NCBI RefSeq assembly: GCF_009914755.1
Contig: NC_060938.1
Direction: 5' to 3' (one strand)
Source of the DNA: the human T2T-CHM13v2.0 reference genome, Homo sapiens
DNA length: 64,000 nt
The notes beneath the pieces are model-generated. The model was not told where the DNA came from and searched no databases. It worked only from the letters and a program-made list of their open reading frames with translations. This document shows, piece after piece, positions 22,061 to 37,600 of the stretch. Each line of letters begins with the position of its first letter. Positions within the stretch are counted from its first letter, which is position 1. The translations under genes and the position numbers were made by a program.

Positions 22061-25000
22061 CATGTCTAGCGTCACCCTCCTTCCTGGCAGTGACACTGTT
22101 GATGTGAACCCCAATTTCACATCTGTCATTTGTAAATAGGACCATTTTCCCTTTTCGCTCTCCCTTCCATTCACAGGGCTTTTCATTCTCTCTGTTACTG
22201 CCTCCGTTTCAGATATTTACTCACCTTTTTCTCTCTCACTATGTCTGCCGTGGGCTCCATGAGAGTGCGCCACATAAGATTCCCCCATTAAAAGTCATGA
22301 ATTGAGTGGCTTTTAGTATACCTGTGGTTGTGCACATTCAAATTTAATTCGCAATTCATTGTAGAACGTCTTATCACTCCCGGCCAGAGAAAAACCCTGT
22401 AGACATTAGTCACTCCTCATTCTGTCTCAAACCCTCTCTCTCACCCGCAGCCCTAGGTAGCAACTACCTAGTGCGATCAATCCCATATGCATAGATTACC
22501 GTATTGTGGACATTTCCTATAAGCGGAATTGCACAATAGGGGAGCTGTTATGACTGACATAACACGTAACACAATATTTTCAAGATTCGTCCACATTGTA
22601 GGCTTACCCACAGGGGGAAACCATTTTTTTGGGGGCTTTTAGTAACACCGGTGTTTTCTCCTTCTTTACGTCCTTCTTTCCTTCCTTCCTTCCTTCCTTC
22701 CTGACTTCCTTCTTTCCTTCCCTCCTTCCTCCTATTTCTCTCTTACTCCTTCTGCCCTCTCTCTTTCCTATGCCTTAGGTGCATCCCACATTCTGCGTTT
22801 TTTTGGGGAAATCCTCGACAGGTGCAGGAAAATTGTGTTATTGTAACTATTTACCGTTATCTCTCTTTCACGGCTCTCCATCAGTTGTGAACATCTATTG
22901 GTTTATCCCAAGTCTCTAAGCATATTTTCATTAGGTAAACCTGTTTTTCCTTATACAGCTGTTTCTGGAGTATAGGGTCGCATACTCATAAACCCAGTGT
23001 AACTCAGAAACGCATCTAATATTCCAGTAAACCCATCATAACTTTGAAAAATCGTAAATCAAACCATCATAAGTCACGGTTTGTCCGTGGATATGGGCCT
23101 CATCAATTCCATTGTATTCAGTAATGCTGTACACCATTAACAATGGCAGACTGATTGGGAGTGGATATTGATAGCATTATAAAAGTCAGTTATTAGAGGG
23201 ATACTTCTTTAACCTGACTGAAGAACTGATCTAATGGCTTTAGTACAGTGCATGATTATGTGCGATGTTTTGAGACAGAGTAGTACATTTGTGAATGAAA
23301 TTTTATGGCTTTTTTTTTCACTTAGTAGGAACCATTGTGTGTGGAAAAGTGAGAAAATGGCTTTCTGCTGTAGGGTCTGGCATTCATTGTAGATGTAAGC
23401 TTATTTTTCTGTGAGCAAATCTTATTCAATAAAATACTACTCTTTATACTAAAAAACAAAAACAGTGGTGATGTGTGGTCATTATCCTCAGCAAACTTAT
23501 CCAGGGAAAGAAAACCAAACGCCACAACTCACTTATAATGGGAGCTGAAAAATGAGATCCCATGGACACAGGAAGGGGAACAACACACACTGGGGCCTTC
23601 CGGGAGACAGAGCGTTAAGAAAAACAGCTACTGCATGCTGGGATTAATACCTAGGTGATGGGTTGACAGGTGCAGCAAACCACCATGGCACACGTTTACC
23701 TTAGTAACAAATCTGCACATCCTGCACATATACCCCAGAACTTAGGAACGAAACGAAACAAAAGACAACGAAAAAGCAACAGCAAAACGCTAAAGGCAAA
23801 ATAAAGTTTCAAACTGAGAAAGTGACAGACCAACGTCTGGTTCAAATCATGGTTCTCAACCCAGGTGCTATAAGGTCAGGATAAAGGATGTGATTACATA
23901 TTGTCAATAAGACATGCAGCAAATGACCAGAATGATTATTCTCAACATATATGTGTCTTCTAATTCAATGGTGACGCTATCTACCGGGACATAGCATTAG
24001 ATTCCAAAGGGCCGAGTCCCGCCAGACAGGCCTCCCACACTAATAACAATGGGAAGCCCTACGTTGCTTTACCTGTGCTTCTCAGCCACTGGCTATAAAT
24101 CAGGTTGCCACCACTCCCAGATTTAGTTGCATTCATTTGCTGGAAGAGCTCACAGCACGCAGGGAAACACTTACATTTGCCGTTGTATTTTAGCGGACAT
24201 TGCACAAAGTTCAGAAATAAATGTGGGGCCCGGCATGTGGGGAGGGGCGCACTACCTTCCAGGAAGTGCTATCCAGAAGCTCTCTGAACCCAGTCCTTTT
24301 GGGTTTTGATGGAGACCTCATTCTATAGGCATGATGGGTTAAACCATAGGCTATTGGTGATCAACTCCACCTGGGGCTCTCCACCCTCCCTGGAAATTGG
24401 GGTTGAGGCTTTGCCATCCTCAGTCTGACTAAAAGAATTTACCCAAACGGAATTTTAAAACAGATGAGCATAACTGGAATCTTAATTAGATGATTGGATT
24501 ATCTGGAGCCACACCTTGATATTCCTAACCCGAGCACCCTCATCCAACGAATGCTCCACCCAACTGGCTCCCAAGTCTCTACGTGGTTCCAGAGCAAAAG
24601 GATGTTGATACAACGCATATCTCCACCTTTTCTTCAAAGTCTTTTCGCTTACACGGAAAGACTTCTTCAACTGCCATGCATCAGGGTCAGGGGGAGGTCT
24701 TGTTACAACACAGATCTGCGGATCTCCGGCATTTGACTGTGGCAACGATGCTGCTGGTGTCAAAACCACAACGTGGGAACCACAGAACCACTAGTGGGTT
24801 TTCAGTGTTTCAGTGCATACAATTCCTAATATATCTGGCCAAGAAAACTTGTAAGTTCTTAGATTGTCCCAAAGGTGGCGCATGAAATCAAAGCAGGAGA
24901 ACAGTTTCCTACGAGGTGTAGCCTGGGAAAGTTGGGGGTGACTGATGGAAAGGAGGAGTGAAGCTCCACCCTTTCCGCTGCTAGGCTGCGCCCGAGGCTA

Positions 25001-25351
25001 TTTAAACCCACCCTGGCTGGCCTGTACTCAGATCTTCGCGGAGCGGATCAGCGGCCGGAGCGTTTGGCGGACTCTGCGTGGACTTGGAGCTCACAGCGTC
25101 TTGCGACTTGGAAGCGGATTCAGAGGACAGGACAGAACACTTGGACAAGTGAATCTCTGTCTGTCTGTCTGTCTGTCTGTCTCATTGGTTGGTTGATTTC
25201 CATTTTCTTAAGGGGCACATACCTCACACCGCACACACACAAACACACACACGCACGCACACACACACACGCACACACACGCACACACACTCCTTCCTTC
25301 TGCGAGTTAGAACATTAGTAGGGGCCCCTGGGAGCTGCAGGTTTCCTAAAC

Positions 25352-28333
25352 ATGTCTGCACCTAAGAACACTAGGGTCTTGTCTGGCTCTTCTTATGAAC
25401 GGTCCCCCAGCCCGGACTCCCCAAGGTCCATGCGAGCCTCACCCAGCTTCTCCCTCTCCCCTCTCAGAAACTCAGGCTTAAGGGGAAGCTCCTCACCAGG
25501 GATCGGGAGCTACCATTCACCATCCCCTAGGGCTTCACCACACTCACCTCTGTCATCACCAGAATCCCACAAGCTCCCATTTCCCTGTCCTCACCGTGAT
25601 GGGCAATCAATAAAGCCATTGGGCTCTCCCGTGTCCTCCTCTGAGGAATCCTCAGAGTCCCCACGTTCATCAATAATATACCACATGTTCTTACTGCCAT
25701 CACCCAGCAGCTCACCCCCAGCTCTCGGGGGGTCTCCTGTGTCTCCCAGCTACTCTCCAAACAACCCCAGATTTCAGCTGCAGTCAGCCCCCCACAACAA
25801 GGAATCACCTACAAACTCACGAGCCTCACGATGCTCCACCCCCTTGTCTTTCATCTCTTCACCCCCAGGCGTCAGGGTCTCTCCTGTGGCTCCCAGTTAG
25901 TCTCCAGCCATCCGCAGGTTCCTGCGGGAGTCAGGCCCATGCACCCAGGAGTCCCCCAGAGACTCACAGGTCTCGGGAGAAAGTGAGCGGTCCCCCAGCC
26001 CTGACTCCTCAAGATTCATGCCTGCCTCACCCAGCTTCTCCCTCTCCCCTCCCAGAAACTCAGACCCAAGGGGCAGCTCCTCACCAGGGATGTGGAAGTC
26101 CTCTACATCATCCCGCAGGGCTTCACCACTCTCACATCCGTCATCAACAGAGTTCCACAACTTTATGTTTCCCTTTCCTAACCAAGCAGGACAATCACTC
26201 ATGTCATTGTGTTCTCCCGTGACCTCCTCTGGAGATTCTTCACAGTCACCTCATTCATCAATAATATACCATATGTTCTTACTGCCATCATCCAGCAGCT
26301 CACCCCCAGCCACCCATGACTCTCCTGTCTGTCCCAGCTACTCTCCAACTACGCCCAGATTTCAGCGGGAGTCTGTACCCCACACCCCAGAAACACCTAC
26401 AAACTCACAGACCTCAGTGAGATCCTCGCCAGTCTCTCTCACGTCTTCACCCCCAGCCCTTACGGACCCTCCAGTCTGTCCCAGCTACTCTCCAACCACG
26501 CCCACATTTCAGCGCGGGTCAGTTCCAGGAACCCAGGGATCACCACCAAGCCCACCGCTTTCACTGAGTTACTCCCCAGTCTCTAGCACGTCTTTATCTC
26601 CAACCCTCAGGGACTCGCCTGTCTGTCCCAGCTACTCTCCAAACACGCCCACACTTCAGCGGGAGTCCGTTGCAGGCACCCAGAAGTCACCACCAAACTC
26701 ACCAATTTCACTGCGTTACTCCCCAGTCTCTCTCATGTCTTCACCATCCCTCAGGGACTCTCCCGTCTGTCCCAGCTACTCTCCAACCACGCCCACATTT
26801 CAGCTGGAGTCAGTTCCAGGCACCCCGGAATCACCACCAAACTCACCAATTTCACTCAGTTACTCCCCAGTCTCTAGCACGTCTTTATCTCCAACCCTCA
26901 GGGACTCTCCTGTGTGTCCCAGCTACTCTCCAACCACGCCCACACTTCAGCGGGAGTCAGTTCCAGGCACCCAGGAATCACCACCAAACTCACCAATTTC
27001 ACTCAATTACTCTCCAGTCTCTCTCGTGTCTTCACCAGCCCTCAGGGACTCTCCTGTCTGTCCCAGCTACTCTACAACCACGCCCACATTTCAGCTGGAG
27101 TCAGTTCCAGGCACCCCGGAGTCACCACCAAACTCACCAGTTTCACTCAGTTACTCCTCGGTCTCTCTCATGTCTTCACCCCCAGCCCTCAGGGACTCTC
27201 CTGTGCGTCCCAGCTACTCTCCAACCATGCCCAGATTCCAGCGGGAGTCAGTTCCAGGCACCCATGTATCACCACCAAACTCAGCAGTTTCACTGAGTTA
27301 CTCCCCAGTCTCTCTCATGTCTTCACCCCCAGACCCCTGGGACTCTCCTGTCTGTCCCAGCTACTCTCCCACCACGCCCAGATTTCAGCGGGAGTCAGCC
27401 TCCCACACTCCGGAATCAGATACAGACTCACAGACTTCACTGAACTCCTCCCTGGTCTCTCTCAGGTCTTTGCCCTCATCCCACAGGGACTCTTGTGTCT
27501 CTTTCAGCTACTCTCAAAACTTCTCTAGATTCCAGCTGGAGTCAGTTCCAGGCACCCACGATACACCACCGAACTCACGAATTTCACTGACTTACGCCCC
27601 AGTCTCCCTCATGTTCTCACCCCCAGCCCTCAGGGACTCTTCTGGCTCTCTCAGCTACTCTCCAACCATCTCCAGATTTCACCTGGAGTCAGCTTCCCAC
27701 ACCCTGGAATCACCTGCAAACTCACGGACCTTACTGCAACCATCCCCCATTTCTTTCACCTCTTCACCCCCTGCCTTCAGGGACTCTCCTGGGTCTCCCA
27801 GCTTCTCTCCAGCCTTCCCCAGATTTCTGCCACAGTCAGCCCCAGGCACCCAGGACAACCCTAGACACTCACAGGCCTCACCAGACTATCTCCCTATGAC
27901 CTGTACCTATACAGGGATGGCTCCCACGCATCCCTCAGTGACCCCAAACCCATCTCCACTTACACTCAGGCACTCCCAGGGCCTGACAGCTACTCCCCGT
28001 TATTGTCCTTCAGTTCGAAGCCCTGGCCAATCTACTAGCCCACATGACGCAGTTACCTGGCCATTTCTCCACGGTTCCCGGGAGGGCCCCACACCCAGCC
28101 GCACAAGAGCCCCTCCTGCATTCCGTCCTCACACGCAGGCCTGTCCATCTACTTGCTACTGTCACACTCTTGCCAGCAGAAGAGGCCCCTGTAATGGCCG
28201 ATATCACCACCCAGTCTATCCTCACCCCACAGCTGTGCAGCGGGAACCCCCTGCTGGCCCACGTGGCTGCCACAGCCCATGCTGGCACGACGCTCCAGCA
28301 GGTCGGCGTCCCTGCGGGCCAAACTACCGGTGA
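25352..28333 (+). pseudogene. Copy 5: same codon-183 TAG as copy 1
   Basis: ORF track 25352..25900 plus 26018..28333 in the same frame; 2982-bp span. Confidence 0.7.
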
Positions 28334-31300
28334 CATGTCTAGCGTCACCCTCCTTCCTGGCAGTGACACTGTTGATGTGAACCCCAATTTCACATCTGTC
28401 ATTTGTAAATAGGACCATTTTCCCTTTTCGCTCTCCCTTCCATTCACAGGGCTTTTCATTCTCTCTGTTACTGCCTCCGTTTCAGATATTTAGTCACCTT
28501 TTTCTCTCTCACTATGTCTGCCGTGGTCTCCAGGAGAGTGCGCCACATAAGATTCCCCCATTAAAAGTCATGAATTGAGTGGCTTTTAGTATACCTGTGG
28601 TTGTGCACATTCAAATTTAATTCGCAATTCATTGTAGAACGTCTTATCACTCCCGACCAGAGAAAAACCCTGTAGACATTAGTCACTCCTCATTCTGTCT
28701 CAAACCCTCTCCCTGACCCGCAGCCCTAGGTAGCAACTACCTAGTGCGATCAATCCCATATGCATAGATTACCATATTGTGGACATTTCCTATAAGCGGA
28801 ATTGCACAATAGGGGAGCTGTTATGACTGACATAACACGTAGCACAATATTTTCAAGATTCGTCCACATTGTAGGCTTACCCACAGGGGGACACCATTTT
28901 TTTGGGGGCTTTTAGTAACACCGGTGTTTTCTCCTTCCTTACGTCCTTCTTTCCTTCCTTCCTTCCTTCCTTCCTTCCTTCCTTCCTTCCTGACTTCCTT
29001 CTTTCCTTCCCTCCTTCCTCCTATTTCTCTCTTACTCCTTCTGCCATTTCTCTTTCCTATGCCTTAGGTGCATCCCACATTCTGCATTTTTTGGGGAAAT
29101 CCTCGACAGGTGCAGGAAAATTGTGTTATTGTAACTATATACCGTTATCTCTCTTTCACGGCTCTCCATCAGTTGTGAACATCTATTGGTTTATCCCAAG
29201 TCACTAAGCATATTTTCATTAGGTAAACCTGTTTTTCCTTATACAGCTGGTTCTGGAGTATAGGGTCGCATACTCATAAACCCAGTGTAACTCAGAAACG
29301 CATCTAATATTCCAGTAAACCCATCATAACGTTGAAAAATCGTAAATCAAACCATCATAAGTCACGGTTTGTCCGTGGATATGGGCCTCATCAATTCCAT
29401 TGTATTCAGTAATGCTGTACACCATTAACAATGGCAGACTGATTGGGAGTGGATATTGATAGCATTATAAAAGTCAGTTATTAGAGGGATACTTCTTTAA
29501 CCTGACTGAAGAACTGATCTAATGGCTTTAGTACAGTGCATGATTATGTGCGATGTTTTGAGACAGAGTAGTACATTTGTGAATGAAATTTTATGGCTTT
29601 TTTTTCACTTAGTAGGAACCATTGTGTGTGGAAAAGTGAGAAAATGGCTTTCTGCTGTAGGGTCTGGCATTCATTGTAGATGTAAGCTGATTTTTCTGTG
29701 AGCAAATCTTATTCAATAAAATACTACTCTTTATACTAAAAAACAAAAACAGTGGTGATGTGTGGTCATTATCCTCAGCAAACTTATCCAGGGAAAGAAA
29801 ACCAAACGCCACAACTCACTTATAATGGGAGCTGAAAAATGAGATCCCATGGACACAGGAAGGGGAACAACACACACTGGGGCCTTCCGGGAGACAGAGC
29901 GTTAAGAAAAACAGCTACTGCATGCTGGGCTTAATACCTAGGTGATGGGTTGACAGGTGCAGCAAACCACCATGGCACACGTTTACCTTAGTAACAAATC
30001 TGCACATCCTGCACATATACCCCAGAACTTAGGAACGAAACGAAACAAAAGACAACGAAAAAGCAACAGCAAAACGCTAAAGGCAAAATAAAGTTTCAAA
30101 CTGAGAAAGTGACAGACCAACGTCTGGTTCAAATCATGGTTCTCAACCCAGGTGCCATAAGGTCAGGATAAAGGATGTGATTACATATTGTCAATAAGAC
30201 ATGCAGCAAATGACCAGAATGATTATTCTCAACATATATGTGTCTTCTAATTCAATGGTGACGCTATCTACCGGGACATAGCATTAGATTCCAAAGGGCC
30301 GAGTCCCGCCAGACAGGCCTCCCACACTAATAACAATGGGAAGCCCTACGTTGCTTTACCTGTGCTTCTCAGCCACTGGCTATAAATCAGGTTGCCACCA
30401 CTCCCAGATTTAGTTGCATTCATTTGCTGGAAGAGCTCACAGCACGCAGGGAAACACTTACATTTGCCGTTGTATTTTAGCGGACATTGCACAAAGTTCA
30501 GAAATAAATGTGGGGCCCGGCATGTGGGGAGGGGCGCACTACCTTCCAGGAAGTGCTATCCAGAAGCTCTCTGAACCCAGTCCTTTTGGGTTTTGATGGA
30601 GACCTCATTCTATAGGCATGATGGGTTAAACCATAGGCTATTGGTGATCAACTCCACCTGGGGCTCTCCACCCTCCCTGGAAATTGGGGTTGAGGCTTTG
30701 CCATCCTCAGTCTGACTAAAAGAATTTACCCAAACGGAATTTTAAAACAGATGAGCATAACTGGAATCTTAATTAGATGATTGGATTATCTGGAGCCACA
30801 CCTTGATATTCCTAACCCGAGCACCCTCATCCAACGAATGCTCCACCCAACTGGCTCCCAAGTCTCTACGTGGTTCCAGAGCAAAAGGATGTTGATACAA
30901 CGCATATCTCCACCTTTTCTTCAAAGTCTTTTCGCTTACACGGAAAGACTTCTTCAACTGCCATGCATCAGGGTCAGGGGGAGGTCTTGTTACAACACAG
31001 ATCTGCGGATCTCCGGCATTTGACTGTGGCAACGATGCTGCTGGTGTCAAAACCACAACGTGGGAACCACAGAACCACTAGTGGGTTTTCAGTGTTTCAG
31101 TGCATACAATTCCTAATATATCTGGCCAAGAAAACTTGTAAGTTCTTAGATTGTCCCAAAGGTGGCGCATGAAATCAAAGCAGGAGAACAGTTTCCTACG
31201 AGGTGTAGCCTGGGAAAGTTGGGGGTGACTGATGGAAAGGAGGAGTGAAGCTCCACCCTTTCCGCTGCTAGGCTGCGCCCGAGGCTATTTAAACCCACCC

Positions 31301-31442
31301 TGGCTGGCCTGTACTCAGATCTTCGCGGAGCGGATCAGCGGCCGGAGCGTTTGGCGGACTCTGCGTGGACTTGGAGCTCACAGCGTCTTGCGACTTGGAA
31401 GCGGATTCAGAGGACAGGACAGAACACTTGGACAAGTGAATC

Positions 31443-31473
<31 letters not shown>

Positions 31474-31642
31474 CATTGGTTGGTTGATTTCCATTTTCTT
31501 AAGGGGCACATACCTCACACCGCACACACACAAACACACACACGCACACACACACACACACGCACACACACGCACACACACTCCTTCCTTCTGCGAGTTA
31601 GAACATTAGTAGGGGCCCCTGGGAGCTGCAGGTTTCCTAAAC

Positions 31643-34624
31643 ATGTCTGCACCTAAGAACAGTAGGGTCTTGTCTGGCTCTTCTTATGAACGGTCCCACA
31701 GCCCGGACTCCCCAAGGTCCATGCGAGCCTCACCCAGCTTCTCCCTCTCCCCTCTCAGAAACTCAGGCTTAAGGGGAAGCTCCTCACCAGGGATCCGGAG
31801 CTACCATTCACCATCCCCTAGGGCTTCACCACACTCACCTCTGTCATCACCAGAATCCCACAAGCTCCCATTTCCCTGTCCTCACCGTGATGGGCAATCA
31901 ATAAAGCCATTGGGCTCTCCCGTGTCCTCCTCTGAGGATTCCTCAGAGTCCCCACGTTCATCAATAATATACCACATGTTCTTACTGCCATCACCCAGCA
32001 GCTCACCCCCAGCTCTCGGGAGGTCTCCTGTGTCTCCCAGCTACTCTCCAAACAACCCCAGATTTCAGCTGGAGTCAGCCCCCCACACCCAGGAATCACC
32101 TACAAACTCACGAGCCTCACGGTGCTCCACCCCCGTGTCTTTCATCTCTTCACCCCCAGGCCTCAGGGACTCTCCTGTGGCTCCCAGTTACTCTCCAGCC
32201 ATCCGCAGGTTCCTGCGGGAGTCAGCCCCATGCACCCAGGAGTCCCCCAGAGACTCACAGGTCTCGGGAGATTATGAGCGGTCCCCCAGCCCTGACTCCT
32301 CAAGATTCATGCCTCCCTCACCCAGCTTCTCCCTCTCCCCTCCCAGAAACTCAGACCCAAGGGGCAGCTCCTCACCAGGGATGTGGAAGTGCTCTACATC
32401 ATCCCGCAGGGCTTCACCACTCTCACATCCGTCATCAACAGAATTCCACAACTTTACGTTTCCCTTTCCTAACCAAGCAGGACAGTCACTCATGTCATTG
32501 TGTTCTCCCGTGACCTCCTCTGGAGATTCTTCACAGTCACCTCATTCATCAATAATATACCATATGTTCTTACTGCCATCATCCAGCAGCTCACCCCCAG
32601 CCACCCATGACTCTCCTGTCTGTCCCAGCTACTCTCCAACTACGCCCAGATTTCAGCGGGAGTCTGTACCCCACACCCCAGAAACACCTACAAACTCACA
32701 GACCTCAGTGAGATCCTCGCCAGTCTCTCTCACGTCTTCACCCCCAGCCCTTACGGACCCTCCAGTCTGTCCCAGCTACTCTCCAACCACGCCCACATTT
32801 CAGCGCGGGTCAGTTCCAGGAACCCAGGGATCACCACCAAGCCCACCGCTTTCACTGAGTTACTCCCCAGTCTCTAGCACGTCTTTATCTCCAACCCTCA
32901 GGGACTCGCCTGTCTGTCCCAGCTACTCTCCAAACACGCCCACACTTCAGCGGGAGTCCGTTGCAGGCACCCAGAAGTCACCACCAAACTCACCAATTTC
33001 ACTGCGTTACTCCCCAGTCTCTCTCATGTCTTCACCATCCCTCAGGGACTCTCCCGTCTGTCCCAGCTACTCTCCAACCACGCCCACATTTCAGCTGGAG
33101 TCAGTTCCAGGCACCCCGGAATCACCACCAAACTCACCAATTTCACTCAGTTACTCCCCAGTCTCTAGCACGTCTTTATCTCCAACCCTCAGGGACTCTC
33201 CTGTGTGTCCCAGCTACTCTCCAACCACGCCCACACTTCAGCGGGAGTCAGTTCCAGACACCCAGGAATCACCACCAAACTCAACAATTTCACTCAATTA
33301 CTCTCCAGTCTCTCTCGTGTCTTCACCAGCCCTCAGGGACTCTCCTGTCTGTCCCAGCTACTCTACAACCACGCCCACATTTCAGCTGGAGTCAGTTCCA
33401 GGCACCCCGGAGTCACCACCAAACTCACCAGTTTCACTCAGTTACTCCTCGGTCTCTCTCATGTCTTCACCCCCAGCCCTCAGGGACTCTCCTGTGCGTC
33501 CCAGCTACTCTCCAACCATGCCCAGATTCCAGCGGGAGTCAGTTCCAGGCACCCATGTATCACCACCAAACTCAGCAGTTTCACTGAGTTACTCCCCAGT
33601 CTCTCTCATGTCTTCACCCCCAGACCCCTGAGACTCTCCTGTCTGTCCCAGCTACTCTCCCACCACGCCCAGATTTCAGCGGGAGTCAGCCTCCCACACT
33701 CCGGAATCAGATACAGACTCACAGACTTCACTGAACTCCTCCCTGGTCTCTCTCAGGTCTTTGCCCTCATCCCACAGGGACTCTTGTGTCTCTTTCAGCT
33801 ACTCTCAAAACTTCTCTAGATTCCAGCTGGAGTCAGTTCCAGGCACCCACGATACACCACCGAACTCACGAATTTCACTGACTTACGCCCCAGTCTCCCT
33901 CATGTTCTCACCCCCAGCCCTCAGGGACTCTTCTGTCTCTCTCAGCTACTCTCCAACCATCTCCAGATTTCACCTGGAGTCAGCTTCCCACACCCTGGAA
34001 TCACCTGCAAACTCACGGACCTTACTGCAACCATCCCCCATTTCTTTCACCTCTTCACCCCCTGCCTTCAGGGACTCTCCTGGGTCTCCCAGCTTCTCTC
34101 CAGCCTTCCCCAGATTTCTGCCACAGTCAGCCCCAGGCACCCAGGACAACCCTAGACACTCACAGGCCTCACCAGACTATCTCCCTATGACCTGTACCTA
34201 TACAGGGATGGCTCCCACGCATCCCTCAGTGACCCCAAACCCATCTCCACTTACACTCAGGCACTCCCAGGGCCTGACAGCTACTCCCCGTTATTGTCCT
34301 TCAGTTCGAAGCCCTGGCCAATCTACTAGCCCACATGACGCAGTTACCTGGCCATTTCTCCACGGTTCCCGGGAGGGCCCCACACCCAGCCGCACAAGAG
34401 CCCCTCCTGCATTCCGTCCTCACACGCAGGCCTGTCCATCTACTTGCTACTGTCACACTCTTGCCAGCAGAAGAGGCCCCTGTAATGGCCGATATCACCA
34501 CCCAGTCTATCCTCACCCCACAGCTGTGCAGCGGGAACCCCCTGCTGGCCCACGTGGCTGCCACAGCCCATGCTGGCACGACGCTCCAGCAGGTCGGCGT
34601 CCCTGCGGGCCAAACTACCGGTGA
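31643..34624 (+). pseudogene. Copy 6: nonsense at codon 663 (TGG>TGA), 662 aa
   Basis: gacccctgagac versus gacccctgggac in other copies; stop at 33629-33631. Confidence 0.7.
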
Positions 34625-37600
34625 CATGTCTAGCGTCACCCTCCTTCCTGGCAGTGACACTGTTGATGTGAACCCCAATTTCACATCTGTCATTTGTAAA
34701 TAGGACCATTTTCCCTTTTCGCTCTCCCTTCCATTCACAGGGCTTTTCATTCTCTCTGTTACTGCCTCCGTTTCAGATATTTACTCACCTTTTTCTCTCT
34801 CACTATGTCTGCCGTGGTCTCCAGGAGAGTGCGCCACATAAGATTCCCCCATTAAAAGTCATGAATTGAGTGGCTTTTAGTATACCTGTGGTTGTGCACA
34901 TTCAAATTTAATTCGCAATTCATTGTAGAACGTCTTATCACTCCTGACCAGAGAAAAACCCTGTAGACATTAGTCACTCCTCATTCTGTCTCAAACCCTC
35001 TCCCTGACCCGCAGCCCTAGGTAGCAACTACCTAGTGCGATCAATCCCATATGCATAGATTACCATATTGTGGACATTTCCTATAAGCGGAATTGCACAA
35101 TAGGGGAGCTGTTATGACTGACATAACACGTAGCACAATATTTTCAAGATTCGTCCACATTGTAGGCTTACCCACAGGGGGACACCATTTTTTTGGGGGC
35201 TTTTAGTAACACCGGTGTTTTCTCATTCCTTACGTCCTTCTTTCCTTCCTTCCTTCCTTCCTTCCTTCCTTCCTTCCTTCCTGACTTCCTTCTTTCCTTC
35301 CCTCCTTCCTCCTATTTCTCTCTTACTCCCTCTGCCCTCTCTCTTTCCTATGCCTTAGGTGCATCCCACATTCTGCGTTTTTTTGGGGAAATCCTCGACA
35401 GGTGCAGGAAAATTGTGTTATTGTAACTATTTACCGTTATCTCTCTTTCACGGCTCTCCATCAGTTGTGAACATCTATTGGTTTATCCCAAGTCACTAAG
35501 CATATTTTCATTAGGTAAACCTGTTTTTCCTTATACAGCTGGTTCTGGAGTATAGGGTCGCATACTCATAAACCCAGTGTAACTCAGAAACGCATCTAAT
35601 ATTCCAGTAAACCCATCATAACGTTGAAAACTCGTAAATCAAACCATCATAAGTCACGGTTTGTCCGTGGATATGGGCGTCATCAATTCCATTGTATTCA
35701 GTAATGCTGTACACCATTAACAATGGCAGACTGATTGGGACTGGATATTGATAGCATTATAAAAGTCAGTTATTAGAGGGATACTTCTTTAACCTGACTG
35801 AAGAACTGATCTAATGGCTTTAGTACAGTGCATGATTATGTGCGATGTTTTGAGACAGAGTAGTACATTTGTGAATGAAATTTTATGGCTTTTTTTTCAC
35901 TTAGTAGGAACCATTGTGTGTGGAAAAGTGAGAAAATGGCTTTCTGCTGTAGGGTCTGGCATTCATTGTAGATGTAAGCTTATTTTTCTGTGAGCAAATC
36001 TTATTCAATAAAATACTACTCTTTATACTAAAAAACAAAAACAGTGGTGATGTGTGGTCATTATCCTCAGCAAACTTATCCAGGGAAAGAAAACCAAACG
36101 CCACAACTCACTTATAATGGGAGCTGAAAAATGGGATCACGTGGACACAGGAAGGGGAACAACACACACTGGGGCCTTCCGGGAGACAGAGCGTTAAAAT
36201 AAACAGCTACTGCATGCTGGGCCTAATACCTAGGTGATGGGTTGACAGGTGCAGCAAACCACCATGGCACACGTTTACCTTAGTAACAAATCTGCACATC
36301 CTGCACATATACCCCAGAACTTAGGAACGAAACGAAACAAAAGACAACGAAAAAGCAACAGCAAAACGCTAAAGGCAAAATAAAGTTTCAAACTGAGAAA
36401 GTGACAGACCAACGTCTGGTTGAAATCATGGTTCTCAACCCAGGTGCCATAAGGTCAGGATAAAGGATGTGATTACGTATTGTCAATAAGACATGCAGCA
36501 AATGACCAGAATGATTATTCTCAACATATGTGTGTCTTCTAATTCAATGGTGACGCTATCTACTGGGACATAGCATTAGATTCCAAAGGGCCGAGTCCCG
36601 CCAGACAGGCCTCCCACACTAATAACAATGGGAAGGCCTACGTTGCTTTACCTGTGCTTCTCAGCCACTGGCTATAAATCAGGTTGCCACCACTCCCAGA
36701 TTTAGTTGCATTCATTTGCTGGAAGAGCTCACAGCACGCAGGGAAACACTTACATTTGCCGTTGTATTTTAGTGGACATTGCACAAAGTTCAGAAATAAA
36801 TGTGGGGCCCGGCATGTGGGGAGGGGCGCACTACCTTCCAGGAAGTGTTATCCAGAAGCTCTCTGAACCCAGTCCTTTTGGGTTTTGATGGAGACCTCAT
36901 TCTATAGGCATGATGGGTTAAACCATAGGCTATTGGTGATCAACTCCACCTGGGGCTCTCCACCCTCCCTGGAAATTGGGGTTGAGGCTTTGCCATCCTC
37001 AGTCTGACTAAAAGAATTTACCCAAACGGAATTTTAAAACAGATGAGCATAACTGGAATCTTAATTAGATGATTGGATTATCTGGAGCCACACCTTGATA
37101 TTCCTAACCCGAGCACCCTCATCCAACGAATGCTCCACCCAACTGGCTCCCAAGTCTCTACGTGGTTCCAGAGCAAAAGGATGTTGATACAACGCATATC
37201 TCCACCTTTTCTTCAAAGTCTTTTCGCTTACACGGAAAGACTTCTTCAACTGCCATGCATCAGGGTCAGGGGGAGGTCTTGTTACAACACAGATCTGCGG
37301 ATCTCCCGCGTTTGGCTGTGGCAAGGATGCTGCTGGTGTCAAAACCACAACGTGGGAACCACAGAACCACTAGTGGGTTTTCAGTGTTTCAGTGCATACA
37401 ATTCCTAATATAAATGGCCAAGAAAACTTGTAAGTTCTTAGATTGTCCCAAAGGTGGCGCATGAAATCAAAGCAGGAGAACAGTTTCCTACGAGATGTAG
37501 CCTGGGAAAGTGGGTGGTGACTGATGGAAAGGAGGAGTGAACTCCGCCCTTTCCGCAGCTAGGCTGCGCCCGAGGCTATTTAAACCCACCCTGGCTGGCC

